A DNA stretch of 62,777 nucleotides, from contig JAPETS010000047.1 of NCBI GenBank assembly GCA_026023565.1, positions 124,001 to 186,777 of the forward strand, read 5' to 3'. Source of the DNA: Cirrosporium novae-zelandiae. Lineage: Eukaryota. Both the position numbers and the translations under genes were made by a program. The first letter of the stretch is position 1. Each line of letters begins with the position of its first letter. Below, piece by piece: positions 12,081-24,422 of the stretch. Below the pieces are notes generated by a model. The model was not told the origin of the DNA and made no database searches. It worked only from the letters and a program-made list of their open reading frames with translations.

Positions 12081-12620
12081 TCATTTCGAAACATTTTTCG
12101 TGTAGATAATTACTTGATTTCCTTTTGGGCTATCAAGATCTCGTATTAGGGCCCGATCCAAAAACAAAAAAAAGCGTTCCTGCTCCTCCCTTCTTTTCAA
12201 GAACCCGTTGTTTAAATCCTTCAGTACCTTTTTACCACCATGTTTCATCACAAAATACATTGTATACATGATAACCAAGCCCCAGAGCAGCCAATAACCT
12301 CAACGTAATAAGCGCCTACCAAATATAAAAAAAGAATTTTTACGAACCGATGACGCAAACAATCAAATGTCGAGGGAAAAAAAAACGATAAGGGCACGCG
12401 GTTACCAAAATAATAGACCCTCACAAATTTGGTTCCCTCGACATCTATTATGCCACAATTTTTTAAAATAATTATAACAGCGACATATATTAATTTAACG
12501 ATTGTTTATTAATTTACCGTCGTTAATTGTAATTATTTACGATTGTGTTGTGGTTAAATTCTTATACATCAATTACATTGTTTGATAAGGAAAATGGCGA
12601 GAATCAATTTATGAGGGTAC
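12081..12620 (-). mobile_element. Degenerate Tc1/mariner-like transposon relic
   Basis: Minus-strand fragment YNVFCDETWW*KGTEGFKQRV resembles the first catalytic-Asp motif of DDE transposases. Inverted repeats at 12417-12429/12606-12618 (12/13) and 12367-12378/12433-12444 (12/12). AT-rich. Confidence 0.35.
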
Positions 12621-13493
12621 CGTGTGGAGGGGATTCCCTGGTTTTAGTTAGCCTCGGGTACCCCGACAAAAAACCTCCGCAGTGCCAAGGGAACTAAAAC
12701 TAAAAGGACTAGCTTATCGGCGCCGTAGATCTGAGTCTAAACGTTAAGAGATCAGATGCACTTCGGTCTAGCTTGATTGATCTTAGATGTTGGTTAGGAG
12801 GGGGGATGTACCTTTTTTTTGTGGCATTTCTTTGAGATCTTTCTTGTTGTGGGTGGAGCATAGTTATTGATTGTGGGAAGGTGATAATGATGTAGTACGG
12901 GGATAGAATTACGGCTTTCTTTTATTGGGCGGAAAGCTTGTGATCGGTAAAACCAATAGAATACGTCATATATATATATCAATTGAAATCGAACTAGGAA
13001 TATGATTTCTTTCACCTTCACTTTCCAACAGAGGACCAAATATGAAGAAACGTCCTAACTTCTTGTCCGGCGGTGGGAATGGACGGTTGAGGGTTAGCCA
13101 TCAGGGAGGTAATGGGAAACGTACTAGAGCATGCTTTTTTTTAGAGCTATCTTGGTTGCTAACGGTAGAAATATTGAACAGGGGTGAGATTGCAATTCGT
13201 ACAAGTGGGAAACACCGGAGCTGCCTTGTTGTGCCATTCATCCCAGAGAGTGCTTAATAATATGATTGAGAGGCGAAAAGATGTTTGGATATTCTAGGGA
13301 TAGTAACGTAAACGGACTTGTCTTCTTTCTAGCCTTTACAATCTTCGATAGCCTTTCCTCGTAATAATAAATGCAACCATACCTTAATCATCAAATATCA
13401 TTATAGGTGAGTAAAACGGAGAGTACTAAGAAATTCTGTCATCCTCATAAACTTATTATTTGCCTACATCTCAGAAACCTAGTAGTTCATAGG

Positions 13494-14255
13494 TCACGGT
13501 GAGTTTTTCATCTTTTTAAAGTCCTTTTTCATCTGGCGATGGATATGCTCTTCTGGCCTCCAAATCCCGAGGATCATAAAGATGTAGGCATTGAGCAAGC
13601 CCATGACCTCGCACAGGAAGTACCATGCTATTGCCCAAGGGCGAAATGGCGGGAAAGCTTTAAGAATGCTCTAGGAAAAAAGTAGGTCAGCCATGGCCTG
13701 GAAGATAGGGAACAGAAAAAGACATAAGGAAAGTTTAAACCTGACATGCGGGCTCTAGTGCCGTTCTGGTGCCTACAAAATGTATTTGCCACGAGGAGAT
13801 AGTTGGCAGAGATAACCTGATAGATATTTAATATTTATTCCACATACCAATGGCTGTACCACATCTTCCTCGCTGTCAATCCTCCACTTTCCATCCTCTT
13901 TCCTTAAATGAAAGATAATATGCATCGGGACTTTCGGCGTCCAGCCCCAAAGCAACCAAGACACAACCCTAAACGAGGGCATCTGAATCAAGTCAACATA
14001 TAGCATTCCCTTTTCCTCGTTAAATGCAACGCTTGTGATGTCAAAGGTTGCTTTGGAAATCACAGAACGATAGAAGAGGAAGATTCCTATGAAGCGTTTC
14101 CGCGAGTCTTTGCCTGATGGCACGTAACATAGCGGATGCAAGAAGGAGGCATCGGTTGTGAAATAGCGATGAAAGGCTGTGACCTGCTCATCGGCGTTGC
14201 GGGCACCAGCACAATGGTCAATTGCAGTAACAATTTCGGTAATTGGGTTATTCAT
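13494..14255 (-). CDS. Fungal NTF2-like (SigF-like) domain protein with hydrophobic C-terminus
   Basis: MNNPITEI...YFTTDASFLHPLC...SR...FYR...LYVD...W.I..EED pattern. A phase-0 intron at 13847-13671 gives a second exon ending in TGA at 13494. Confidence 0.75.
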
Positions 14256-14874
14256 GGTGAGAGATCAAATTAAATTGCTAGGTTAGAAGAGGAAGAGAGA
14301 TGGTGAGGGAAGGGAGCGGGTGAGTAGAGTACTAATAGGCATTCGTGGGAGCTCGAAGAGTTGAAACCTGGGGGAGGGCAAATTACATCATGTTCACATG
14401 TCGAAAGGGTCAATACTGTGGTAGACCTCCAATGAAAAGGTGTCAATTGCATGTTTTATTTCCCTCAGTTGCAAGAAGATAAATCTTCGGTCATGGTGTC
14501 ATGGTGTCATGGTGTCATGGTTGATAATCAATAAACAGATATTTGCAATGTAATGTTTGCAATGTTTGCAATTCTTGCAAATAGAATCATAAGTTGAATA
14601 AATATTTATTTTCCCAGCCACATTAGCCCGCGAGAGGCACTTTAAGCTTATAAGCTAGTTGTAGAGCGGAATTAGTCAACACGATTGATCGTTGTAGTGG
14701 GTTTTCAGAAAAAGAAGTGGGAGGTGGAACATGTTTTCTTTGTGGAAGGCAAGTGAAGACTATATTTATATCGCACTCTTATTTCGTCCAGATGGCTATA
14801 ACTAATTGATCAACGGATGGACCATTTATTATATTGCATTCATCATATCCCAACCAACGCTTTCCTCCCTTACC

Positions 14875-15600
14875 ATGTCTTCATCCGTCTCACAGCAAAG
14901 CCAAATCTCAACTAGAAACACAAGAATAATTTCCCAAGGTCAAAGGAGCGAAATTAAGATCGACGGGGCTGAAGGAGAGATAAAAAGGAAGGAGATGAAT
15001 ATTGAAATGAAGATAGATTGGGGGAGTGGGGATATATGGAAGGATAGGGCAAAGAAAGAAGAAGGGGAAAAGAGGGGTGGGCCTGCTCAGGTTCATGTAA
15101 AGATAGAAACGGAAAAGAATGGAAAAATGGTTATATCTAGAAAAAATGGGAACGAACAGGAGAAGGGGGAAGTTGTTATTTCCCCAGACTCGTCATATTT
15201 TAATCAGGATGAGCACAACTTTGCCAAATCTTCCCTAGTTTTATAGTATCATCACCACCACCATCATGCTTAAGATTTATGTGTTTTCTCACCTGGGGCA
15301 TCATCACCCGAATTAGAGCCATAACTGGATCCCTCCCCCTCCTTCCCATTCATCTTACTATATGGCCTCCACTGCTAACACCAGTCCTTCTTCATTCGAT
15401 ACCACCTTCTTCAGCCAAATTGCTGACGTCCATGCCCAATTCAGCAGCACTATCTGTCGAAGCATGAAACTTCCCCGCAGTCTCTACGAGCCTGATCATG
15501 CTCCAACAGAGAATGCGATACACACTCGCCCATCTCATATCTAGCGACTTCTCGAACAAAAAAGACCTGGAAAGAGAATTTAAAAACGGGGGTAGAAGAT
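14875..15600 (+). pseudogene. Possible decaying hypothetical gene
   Basis: TATA-like motif at 14761 and ATG at 14875 with a 123-codon hydrophilic ORF. The frame continues past TAG/TAA stops (YHHHHHHA*DLCVFSPGASSPELEP*). No recognisable domain. Confidence 0.3.
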
Positions 15601-15935
15601 GAAATCAAGCAGATAGAGAAAAATGGAGTTGAAAGCGCAAGATGCAAGAGTTTGAGTGAGGATCAATCAGTGCTTTATTGGCTAGTTTGCCGTGGCCGAA
15701 CCTTTGGTTGTTTATATAAGGAGGAATTGCTTTAAGGAGAAACTGTTTTCAACTACTTCAACTTTGAAATGGCCAAGGGAGGGTCGCATGTTTAAAGGTG
15801 CATTACAAAGGGTACAACATTAAGCGACTACACCTTTAAACATGAGACCCTCCTTTGGACTTAAGACTATTCCCATTGATATAAATGAAGAACCTCGTTA
15901 TAAATATGACAGACATCCTATTGAAGTCCAACTAT

Positions 15936-16660
15936 CTACAAGTGATGTTTGATTTTCATCTCCTCCAACAAGTCTCCAAATTCTTCATCCCCCTCCTTTG
16001 CCCGTTTCTCAAATTCGGCTTTATTAGCTTTCATCCACTCCATATCTTCACCTGCCTATAAAAACAGATTTTAACTCGTTTTCCCTTCACTATTTAGAGA
16101 TGTTTATCATACCTTAGGAACAGGAAATCCAGCCTCCAATGCCGCTGCTATGCCTGAAAACACAGCCACTACCCTCAACTCGGTCTCGCCTTTTCCGGGT
16201 TTGCCATCGTTGACAATGTTGTTCCAGGCGGAGTTTAGTTCATAGGTGAGTTCAGTAAAGGACTCGCGGGAGCGGCCTTCAGAGCGGACCGTGGCGGTGA
16301 TGCGATTGACCGCCCGCTATTATTTACGACTTAGAAATTTCTTTGGACTTGGAATTTGGCCAAAGATAAAGAATATTTGCTAGTTTCTTGAGGTAGGCAG
16401 CAGCTTTATTTCCTTTGGATAGTATGGGATTGGGGAAGTGGTGATTCTATGAGAATCGATCGATGGACAAAGGGTAGCTGTGGATTCACCTTCTTTCCGC
16501 CTATATAAGATATCACCCGAGATGCATCCTTGAAAACCACATTGACGAAGATCGACGGTGTAACAAAGCGTGTTGTATGGATCCGGGTAATGGCAGAAGC
16601 AAGCTGTTGTTGTTGGTCAGATAACAGAGGACAAACATGAGTGACTTCGTAGAAAGGCAT
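15936..16660 (-). CDS. Tautomerase superfamily protein (cis-CaaD / putative oxalocrotonate tautomerase-like)
   Basis: Starts MPFYEVTH (Pro1 after Met removal), then LASAITRIH...FVNVVF. Later exons give NRITATVR, LEAGFPVP|AGED.EW...N..EF..RA..GDEEF. Two introns. Confidence 0.85.
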
Positions 16661-18087
16661 TTTGAACAAGGGACGTATGGACAATATGAGTAGTAGAAAT
16701 ATAATGGAGATTGGCACAAGATTCAAGTGTGCAAGTAATTGAGAGGAATATATATAAAAATAATATAAAGATCACTGATATGAAATCATACCTGATAACT
16801 CTCCACGTGCTCTCTTACCAATCTGTACGGTTGACTTTAGGGAAGAGGGGGATCATCTTCCGACGAGGATGTTCTCCGATAGGTCTGGATGTAAATGCAG
16901 AACATTGGGTGTTCAAATCCATGAACATCATAGGATCAAGTTTTGATGGCAGAATCGGTTCCCTTCATGATCAATTGTAGCTGAATGGTTCCACTGCAGT
17001 TTGGGTGGGGGTTTGACAGGCTTCCACGAATTGGGAAACATGTAACGGTCCAACGTCATCAAAGATCAGTGGAACGCCTTCTAATTGGACAACCCAAAGA
17101 GGTTTGATATCGAATGTTTTTTGTGATATTGAGAAGGATATTGAGCAATTGTCACCAACTACTAGCCAGTCGATCTTAGCCAAGATTCTTTCAAGATGGC
17201 GTTCCTAGGCTGACTTGCTCAAAGGAGATGCGAGACGATCCGATCATGGTTATGATTAGTCGCATTGGGGCGCAATGATGCGACAACAGGGAATTCTGGA
17301 ATGATGTTTTGTTTCAATCAAGCTGTGAGGAAAGTCTACCAAGTAGTGAAGAATCAAATAAAGAATTGAATTTTCGTATTGCGTGAAGTGGCCGGTAAAT
17401 CGGAAGTGTTATTTCCCGTCAATCCCCACCGTCGCCAACGAAATCCTTGTATATCCTCCGAAAAAGCCTTGTCTTTACAAGGGCAGGGCAGGGCAGGGCA
17501 GGGCAAATCCATTGACTTTAACCAAATGCCAACCCGATGTAACTCGGCTGAGGCTGAGGTGGGCATAGTGGAGTGTTGATGGCCGTTAAATGATTAATTA
17601 ATTGATTAACTCCAAAAGTAAGCTGATGGATAAGAGGCGATTCTACCTTTCTCAGCTCCGTGGACCTGCCCAAGTCAGAAGTTAAAGACAGCAAGCAATT
17701 CCACCTGAGAGTCTTGACCAAGGAAATGCTAAGGATAAGCCAAGGGTAGCACGAAGCTTGATGAAGCTTGAATGCTATTCGCCCTATTTGGATCCTAAAT
17801 CCTAAATCCTACCCCATACTCATCCCGGTGCCTGCATTGGACCATCGACTTATCTTCATTACCTCTTCCTATTTGTGGCCATCGACTACTATCAAGGATG
17901 GCCAGAGATTGCAATTCAATAACCCGGATCATCATCCATGATGATGACATGGTCGCTCTCAGAGGCTTAAATATCGCCGTGGTTGCACTTTTTCAATCGT
18001 TTGGTTCTATCTTGAGTGGTAGCTTGCCTGTTGAGTTTATTGCACGTGCTTCTATTGTGTATTTTCTAACCGTACACGGCTGAGAAG

Positions 18088-19886
18088 ATGCTGTTGCAGT
18101 CTTTATATACGGCCTTTGTTGCCACCAGCTTGCTTGCGAGTGGAGCCGTTGCTGGAAAATTCAGCAACCGAGCTCGCCATGCTCAGCATCAAGCCGATGA
18201 GATTGTGAATAGCATGAGAGATTTCAAGCTGGGTTCACGGTCCACCAATACCAGCAGCTATCGTTTCTATAATAACAAGACTGAAGGTTAGTCAATCGCT
18301 GTCCTTTGGGGCTGAGGATGCTTACACCTATCCACAGAATACTTCGTCAAGGAATTACCCGATGTCCCTTACGATCTGGGCGAGATGTATTCTGGTCTGG
18401 TACCAATTGATACGAGCAATAAATCTCGAGCACTTTTCTTCGTGTTTCAACCTACTACCGGAGCCCCAGTCGACGAGATTACCATCTGGCTCAATGGTGG
18501 ACCTGGTTGTTCCTCGTTACTGGGGTTCTTCCAAGAAAATGGTAGATTCCTCTGGCAACCAGGTACCTATGCACCTACAGAGAATCCTTATGCCTGGACC
18601 AACCTCACCAATATGCTTTGGTATGTTATGCCGATACTCTTTGGAATTCATGACTTTGTCGTGATTGTCTGTTCTAAAACTAGATGCTAACCTTTCAAAG
18701 GGTCGAACAACCTGTCGGTACAGGGTTCTCAATTGGAACCCCCACTGCAACAAGCCAAGAAGAGACGGCACAAGATTTCATCAAATTCTTCAAGAACTGG
18801 TCAAAGGTGTTTGGTGTCAAGAATTTCAAGATCTATGTGGCAGGCGAAAGCTATGCCGGTCGATATGTCCCCTACATTTCTGCTGCAATGTTAGACGCCA
18901 ATGATACAACCTATTACAACCTCTCAGGTAAGAAGACGAACCATCCACCAAAGAAAAAAAGAAAAAAAATCCAGACCACCCACTAACACCAATCCACAGG
19001 CGCGCTGGTCTACGACCCATGCATCGGTCAATTCGACACGGTCCAGGAAGAAATTCCTGCAGTCCCCTTCCTACTAGAAAACAACAACATGCTAAACCTA
19101 AACCAAAGCTATGTCGACACCCTCGTGGCCCTAGATGAGTCCTGCGGCTACAAAGCCTACCGGGAACAATATTTCACCTTCCCAGCCTCAGGCGTCCAAC
19201 CCGCCCTCAACGACAGCAGTTCCACCTGCGACGTGCTGGACCTCATCGACGATGCCGCTATGGAAGTAAACCCCTGCTTCAACATCTACGAAGTCAACGC
19301 GCAATGCCCCCTGCTGTGGGACGTGCTCGCCTTCCCCACCCAACTAGTCTACCAAGTCCCCGGCACCTCCATCTACTTCAACCGCACGGACGTGAAAAAG
19401 GCCATGCACGCCCCCATGGACATCGACTGGTCAGCCTGCAGCTCTGAATCCGTCTTCGTAGGCGGCTCCAGCGGCCCCGAAGGCGAAGGCGACAACTCCG
19501 CCGACCCAATCCAACACGTGCTCCCCCAAGTAATCGAAGCCACAAACCGCGTCCTGGTCTCCAACGGCGACTTCGATATGATCATCCTCACCAACGGCAC
19601 CCTCCTCGCCATCCAAAACATGACCTGGAACGGAAAACTGGGCTTCGACGAACAGCCAGCCACGGCCATCAATATCCAGCTAATTGACTTGCAGTATGAA
19701 GACGTGTATGATTATAATGGGGCTGATGGCATTGATGGCGCGCAGGGGATTATGGGCATTCAGCATTATGAGCGTGGATTGATGTGGGCGGAGACGTTCC
19801 AGAGTGGCCATGAACAGCCGGAGTTTCAGCCGAGGGTTACGTATCGGCATTTGCAGTGGTTGTTGGGGCATGTTGATGTGCTGTAA
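18088..19886 (+). CDS. Secreted serine carboxypeptidase, family S10 (CpdS/PepF-like)
   Basis: Signal peptide, [20 protein letters not shown], catalytic GESYAG, NGDFD and SGHEQP. Three introns. Confidence 0.95.
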
Positions 19887-20180
19887 GCATTACTGGAGTG
19901 GAGCATCTTCTTCCAGGGCCTTTCAGGGAGTCATACTATTATTAATCATCATTGAGTAGTTATCCCATCAAAGGGGATGCATGTATGTATAATATAGACG
20001 GATTGGAGCCGAAAGAATAAAACTTATATCCATCTATCTCTATTACACCTCGTGAAAACTTGATTGTAATCATATATTATAAGAAGCGTAACCACACAAG
20101 GGCACAAGGGGCATATTCTAATCCATCAAAAATCCCTACTTAGAGGATTATTCTATCCATACTCCTATCCCTATCCCTGC

Positions 20181-20236
20181 TCCTGCCTTGTCCTGCCTTG
20201 TCCTGCCTTGCCTTGCCTTGCCTTGCCTTGCCTTGC
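20181..20236. repeat. (CCTTG)n / (TCCTGCCTTG)n simple repeat within a low-complexity intergenic region
   Basis: Direct reading. The same intergenic region also has poly-G (~20875-20897) and (GA)n (~21271). Confidence 0.9.
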
Positions 20237-20693
20237 CCTGCAATAGGCATAACCCAACCCCCGTCAAAGGACTTGTCTTCCCCATCCATATCTCTCTACG
20301 AATACAAATACAAATACAAATACCTAAATACCTAGATATATAAATAGGAATCACACCCACACCCACTCCCACTCCTACTCCTACTCCTACTCCCCCTTCC
20401 ACTCTTCCACTCTTCCACTCTCATTTATCTAGGAAAATACCTTTCTTTCTTTCTTTCATTCTTATTAATCTTAGTCTTAAGTTTTTTTTTTTTTTTGGTT
20501 GGCTAAGTTAGTTGTTTGGTTATGTATTATAAGCACCCCTGCCCCTCCCCCCCCTCTCTCTCTCTTCCTGGCTTTCTGGGATGGTAGGATGCTGGCTAGA
20601 TGGCTGTTTGGGTTTTCTGGTGGGTTAGGGTTGGCTGTGGTATGATATCAATGCTTTAAAATGAAGCGGGTAGGTTAGGCATAGATTCGTAGT

Positions 20694-20752
20694 GTTGTCG
20701 ATGGACCGGACCGAACCCCTTTGGTCTGGTCGGTCTAAGGTCTATCGACAAC
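20694..20752. mobile_element. 59-bp miniature inverted-repeat element
   Basis: GTTGTCGATGGACC (20694-20707) and GGTCTATCGACAAC (20739-20752) form a 13/14 inverted repeat with a C>T mismatch. Internal GGACC/GGTC subrepeats. Confidence 0.45.
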
Positions 20753-21869
20753 CAAGAATTGAATCACCTATCAAAAAATCTCCTCCCTACATCTATCTTC
20801 CATTATTTCCTTCATTTCACCAACGAACCAACCATTTTATAAGTATGTATATTTTTTTATTAGGGGTTTTTTTTGGGGGGGGGGGGGGGGGGGGGGGTTG
20901 TGATTATGATTGTGGTTGTGATGTGCGTTGACAAGGAAGGGTGTATTGATTGAGATTAATTGAAGTTGGGATTGGGATGTGAGGGCGTGAGGTGTGGGGA
21001 CGTGAGTTTTAATTGGGATTGAAATAATGACTGACTGAAGCTCGCACTGATTTTCTAACTAGACTTCTGGCAACTAAGCATATATAATCAAGGCTCACAT
21101 GGAAAAATTCTAATCATTTTTAAAAATAAAAATGGTTGTAAATTCATAATAGTAGGAAATAGGTAGTTGGCGAAATGAAATGAATAAAAAAAATCTGGGA
21201 AGTTGGATTTTTTGGTGGGTGGGTGATTGATTAACTAACTCCTGGTCAGTTAGGTTATTATATATAATTAAGAGAGAGAGAGAGAGAGAGAAAGGGGAGA
21301 GAGAACTGAAAAGGTGTCAAATCTTTAAATCTTTAAAGTAAAGTAGGTAGGTGGGAAGGCGGATAGATAGATAGGCATAGGTTCAGATTCAGGCCCGTAC
21401 GAGCACAAGCACAAGTAATATAGAAACTTGATAGAACAAATAATAGAAGGAGTTAGTGAGTTGGTGTTGTTTCTTCCCCCGTCCGTCAGTCTGTCCGCCC
21501 CCCCCCCTAAAAAAATGCCATGCCCTCATCTACACTCCCTACACTCTCTACACCCCCCCCCCTTAACGTAACTCCTTAATACCCCTTTAAACATACCTTA
21601 CCCCAACACAACTCCTTGACACAACTACACTACAACCCCAGTACTGCCCCAGTACTACCCCCTCCCTCTTCCCCCCCCCCGATCCCCAATCATTTCTCCA
21701 TTTCTCCAATTCTCCAAAGTTTTTGTTCCCTTTTCTTTGACATACATACATAAGAAAGAAGGAAAGAACGTCGGGATCTAGGGGGGAGGGAGGGAATGAA
21801 AGTGGAAATGGAAGTGAAGGAAATTGAGGGGGTGTTGTGCTGTGTTGTGTTGTTATAGCAAACCCTGGG

Positions 21870-23720
21870 TCAGTTGGGTTGGGTTATGTTGCGGTATGTT
21901 ATATGAAACCTATCCACCCATTTACCTATCTTACAAGCTTTCTTTTCTTCTGCTATTAATGGTATAGTAAAAGAAATTGAATGAAATGCTTTGGATATGG
22001 CTATTTCCGACTTCTCCAGGCGACGACGGTCAAAAAACGCCCGTATATGAGTCATCAAAGTGATATTTTGTGATAGCATTTTTTGTAACTCCGCTTCCAA
22101 TGCCGGATGTTGTGCAAACGTCATGGCTATTACGTCTTTGGCCGTCAAAATCTTACAACACTCTGGGAATAGGGCGAGACCGTCAGCCTTGTATTTTAAC
22201 AACATCTTAATGATATCCGCCCAGAGAGGCAATAGGATATCTGGATCATGAACCCCACTAAAGATATAAGACAATACATTCTGCCAGGGCGACCGTCTCA
22301 GAAATTTTTCATTTGGGTTTGCTCCAAATTTTAGTAACGTGGCAACCACTTCCGAACTCACAAGCTTGGCCCACCTCTCTAATTTGGGGTTTATCGCAAT
22401 ATCGAGCAATGATCTACCGGATTGTAGATGTAGGAGATCCTTGTTACTAGCTAACTTGCTTCTAAGGTAAGAATTTAGCCCACATTGAGTAGCTAAAGAC
22501 ATCATAGAAGCAATGTCACCTGACCCTAGGGCTGTGGTATATTGTCGAAGCAAGGGGCCCCCTATTCGCCAAAATTCATCTAAAAATTTCACATTTGCGG
22601 GAAACTTCTCAGCTTCACAGCGACGGGCGTAGGCAAGGACTCCATTTGTGAATTCAATTGCTGCCCTTTTAGAACCCCCTACCAATTTGAGCCGGAGAAG
22701 ATTGGCGTTCATAAGTGCAACATTTGCATTGAATGCATTTGCAGCTGTCCCACCCGTCCAATCCACAAGAGCTGCTCGAGTTTGTTTCTCCACAAGAAAG
22801 TCCCGAACAGTTCGATGTAAATAGGTAACGCTCATATTCGGGGTAACTTTATCGGATTTAGCATCCTCTAATTGGACTTCGAGAAGGCCACCACATCGCG
22901 TCCGAAGCCTCACTTCCATTTCTTTACATTTGGAAACCATCTCTGACGTTGATAAAAAGTTCGCTTTAGCTTTCAGAGCAAGATCTTGATCTTCTTCCAT
23001 TGCCATAGCCAAAGTGAGTATCGTAAATTGTCCTAAATCGTCCCAATCATTGGGTCGCGCTTGGCTAGCGTCTATGAGTTGGAAGAACCGCGAAGCATCC
23101 TCCTTGTATATATTATCCACATTTAGAACCATATGCTTATATAGATTAGTTAACTTAGGTGGGAGTGCCCGTAATCGCTTTTGTAGGTCGGAAATCCGGT
23201 TATCGTCCCCTAGACCTCGTAGGAGTGACGTGACAACGAGCTTCACCCACAGAAATACCCCATCTGCAGTGGTTACGATTTCGTTAATAAGTGATGAAGA
23301 CGCTATTAGCTCCCGGAGAGTAAGTTGCTGCATCTTTTCGTCATTGACAAGTCTGTCACTAACAAACTTCTAAATATCGAGGAAAGTCATATCATGTAGT
23401 CTCAATCCCGGTCGTCTAGAAAATACATTTTCAAATGGTTTATGAGGCCGACTGCTTGCGCAGATCTTGATGTTGGGCTTTGATGCCGCACCTCCAAACA
23501 GCCTTGCAATCTCTGTTTCATCTCCTTCATATTCATCCAGCCCATCAATGAACAAGCATAATTTTGTAGAGGTGGATGCTTGAGTGATCAAACTCTGAAA
23601 GCCACGCGATAACGCTGGTAAAGGCCAGGATCTATCCTAAAGGTATGGAGCCACTGTCAGAGTCATAGGTTATGAAGGTAATCGAAATTTGATCAAGGAA
23701 TAAAAACTCACAAATTTCAT
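21870..23720 (-). pseudogene. N-terminally truncated fungal NLR-like NACHT protein with in-frame TAG
   Basis: Walker B CLFIDGLDE, KICASSRP, LRLHDMTFLDI*KFV, ADGVFLWVKLVV, RCGGLLEV, YLHRTVRDFL and an ankyrin-like LLKFGANPN. ORFs 23370-23591 and 21870-23333 share a frame, separated by a TAG at 23370-23372. No Walker A upstream. Confidence 0.75.
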
Positions 23721-24422
23721 ACTTGTAGTTCCAGCCAGCAACTAAGGGGAACAATTAGACATAGTAGGCGATTTTGTGTAACATGAGCATGAGGGAAGCC
23801 TCGGCTGGCTATCTATATCTCTGCCTAAGTAGACTATGCTTGTATAACAACTAGGATGTATTAATACTGGGATTAGAATTGGCTTGGCTAGGCTGAGGAT
23901 GTATCTAAGGAGTCGCCCGAGCTGAGCGAATGGTAGGACGACATGTAGTTAGGCATGCTGTTAAGGCGGGGTACATAAACCACTTAAAAGTTATATTTCA
24001 TAATCGTAACAAGGCAAGGGAATAATGATCATGATCCAGCCGAGTTAGGTACTCTAAAATTTGATATCTATCACAAGTACTAATTAGCCAGAAGTCCATT
24101 TCTAATAGCCAACTGGCAACCAAGCAAGTTAAACTGTGGTATTCATACATACATACATACATGCATACATACACCCTCCACAGCCCCTTCGAAATGACTG
24201 CATCCATCATATAATCCCAGTCCAATATTCCAAATTCAATTTTAATGCAAGAAAGGGGCGGGGCTTGAACTAAATACATCTAACAATGTAGACTCCTAAA
24301 GATAAGAGAAAGGGAAAACAAATAAAGGGGTTGTATGGTGACATGACATGATATCAATCCAGACTTAACCACTCAATTCCAATCTCAGCCCCACTATCGT
24401 CGTCATTTTCATTGTTCATTAT

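Noticed and set aside
20875..21690. Long inverted repeat between G-rich and C-rich tracts
   Set aside because: The similarity is explained by low-complexity composition. No alignable stem.
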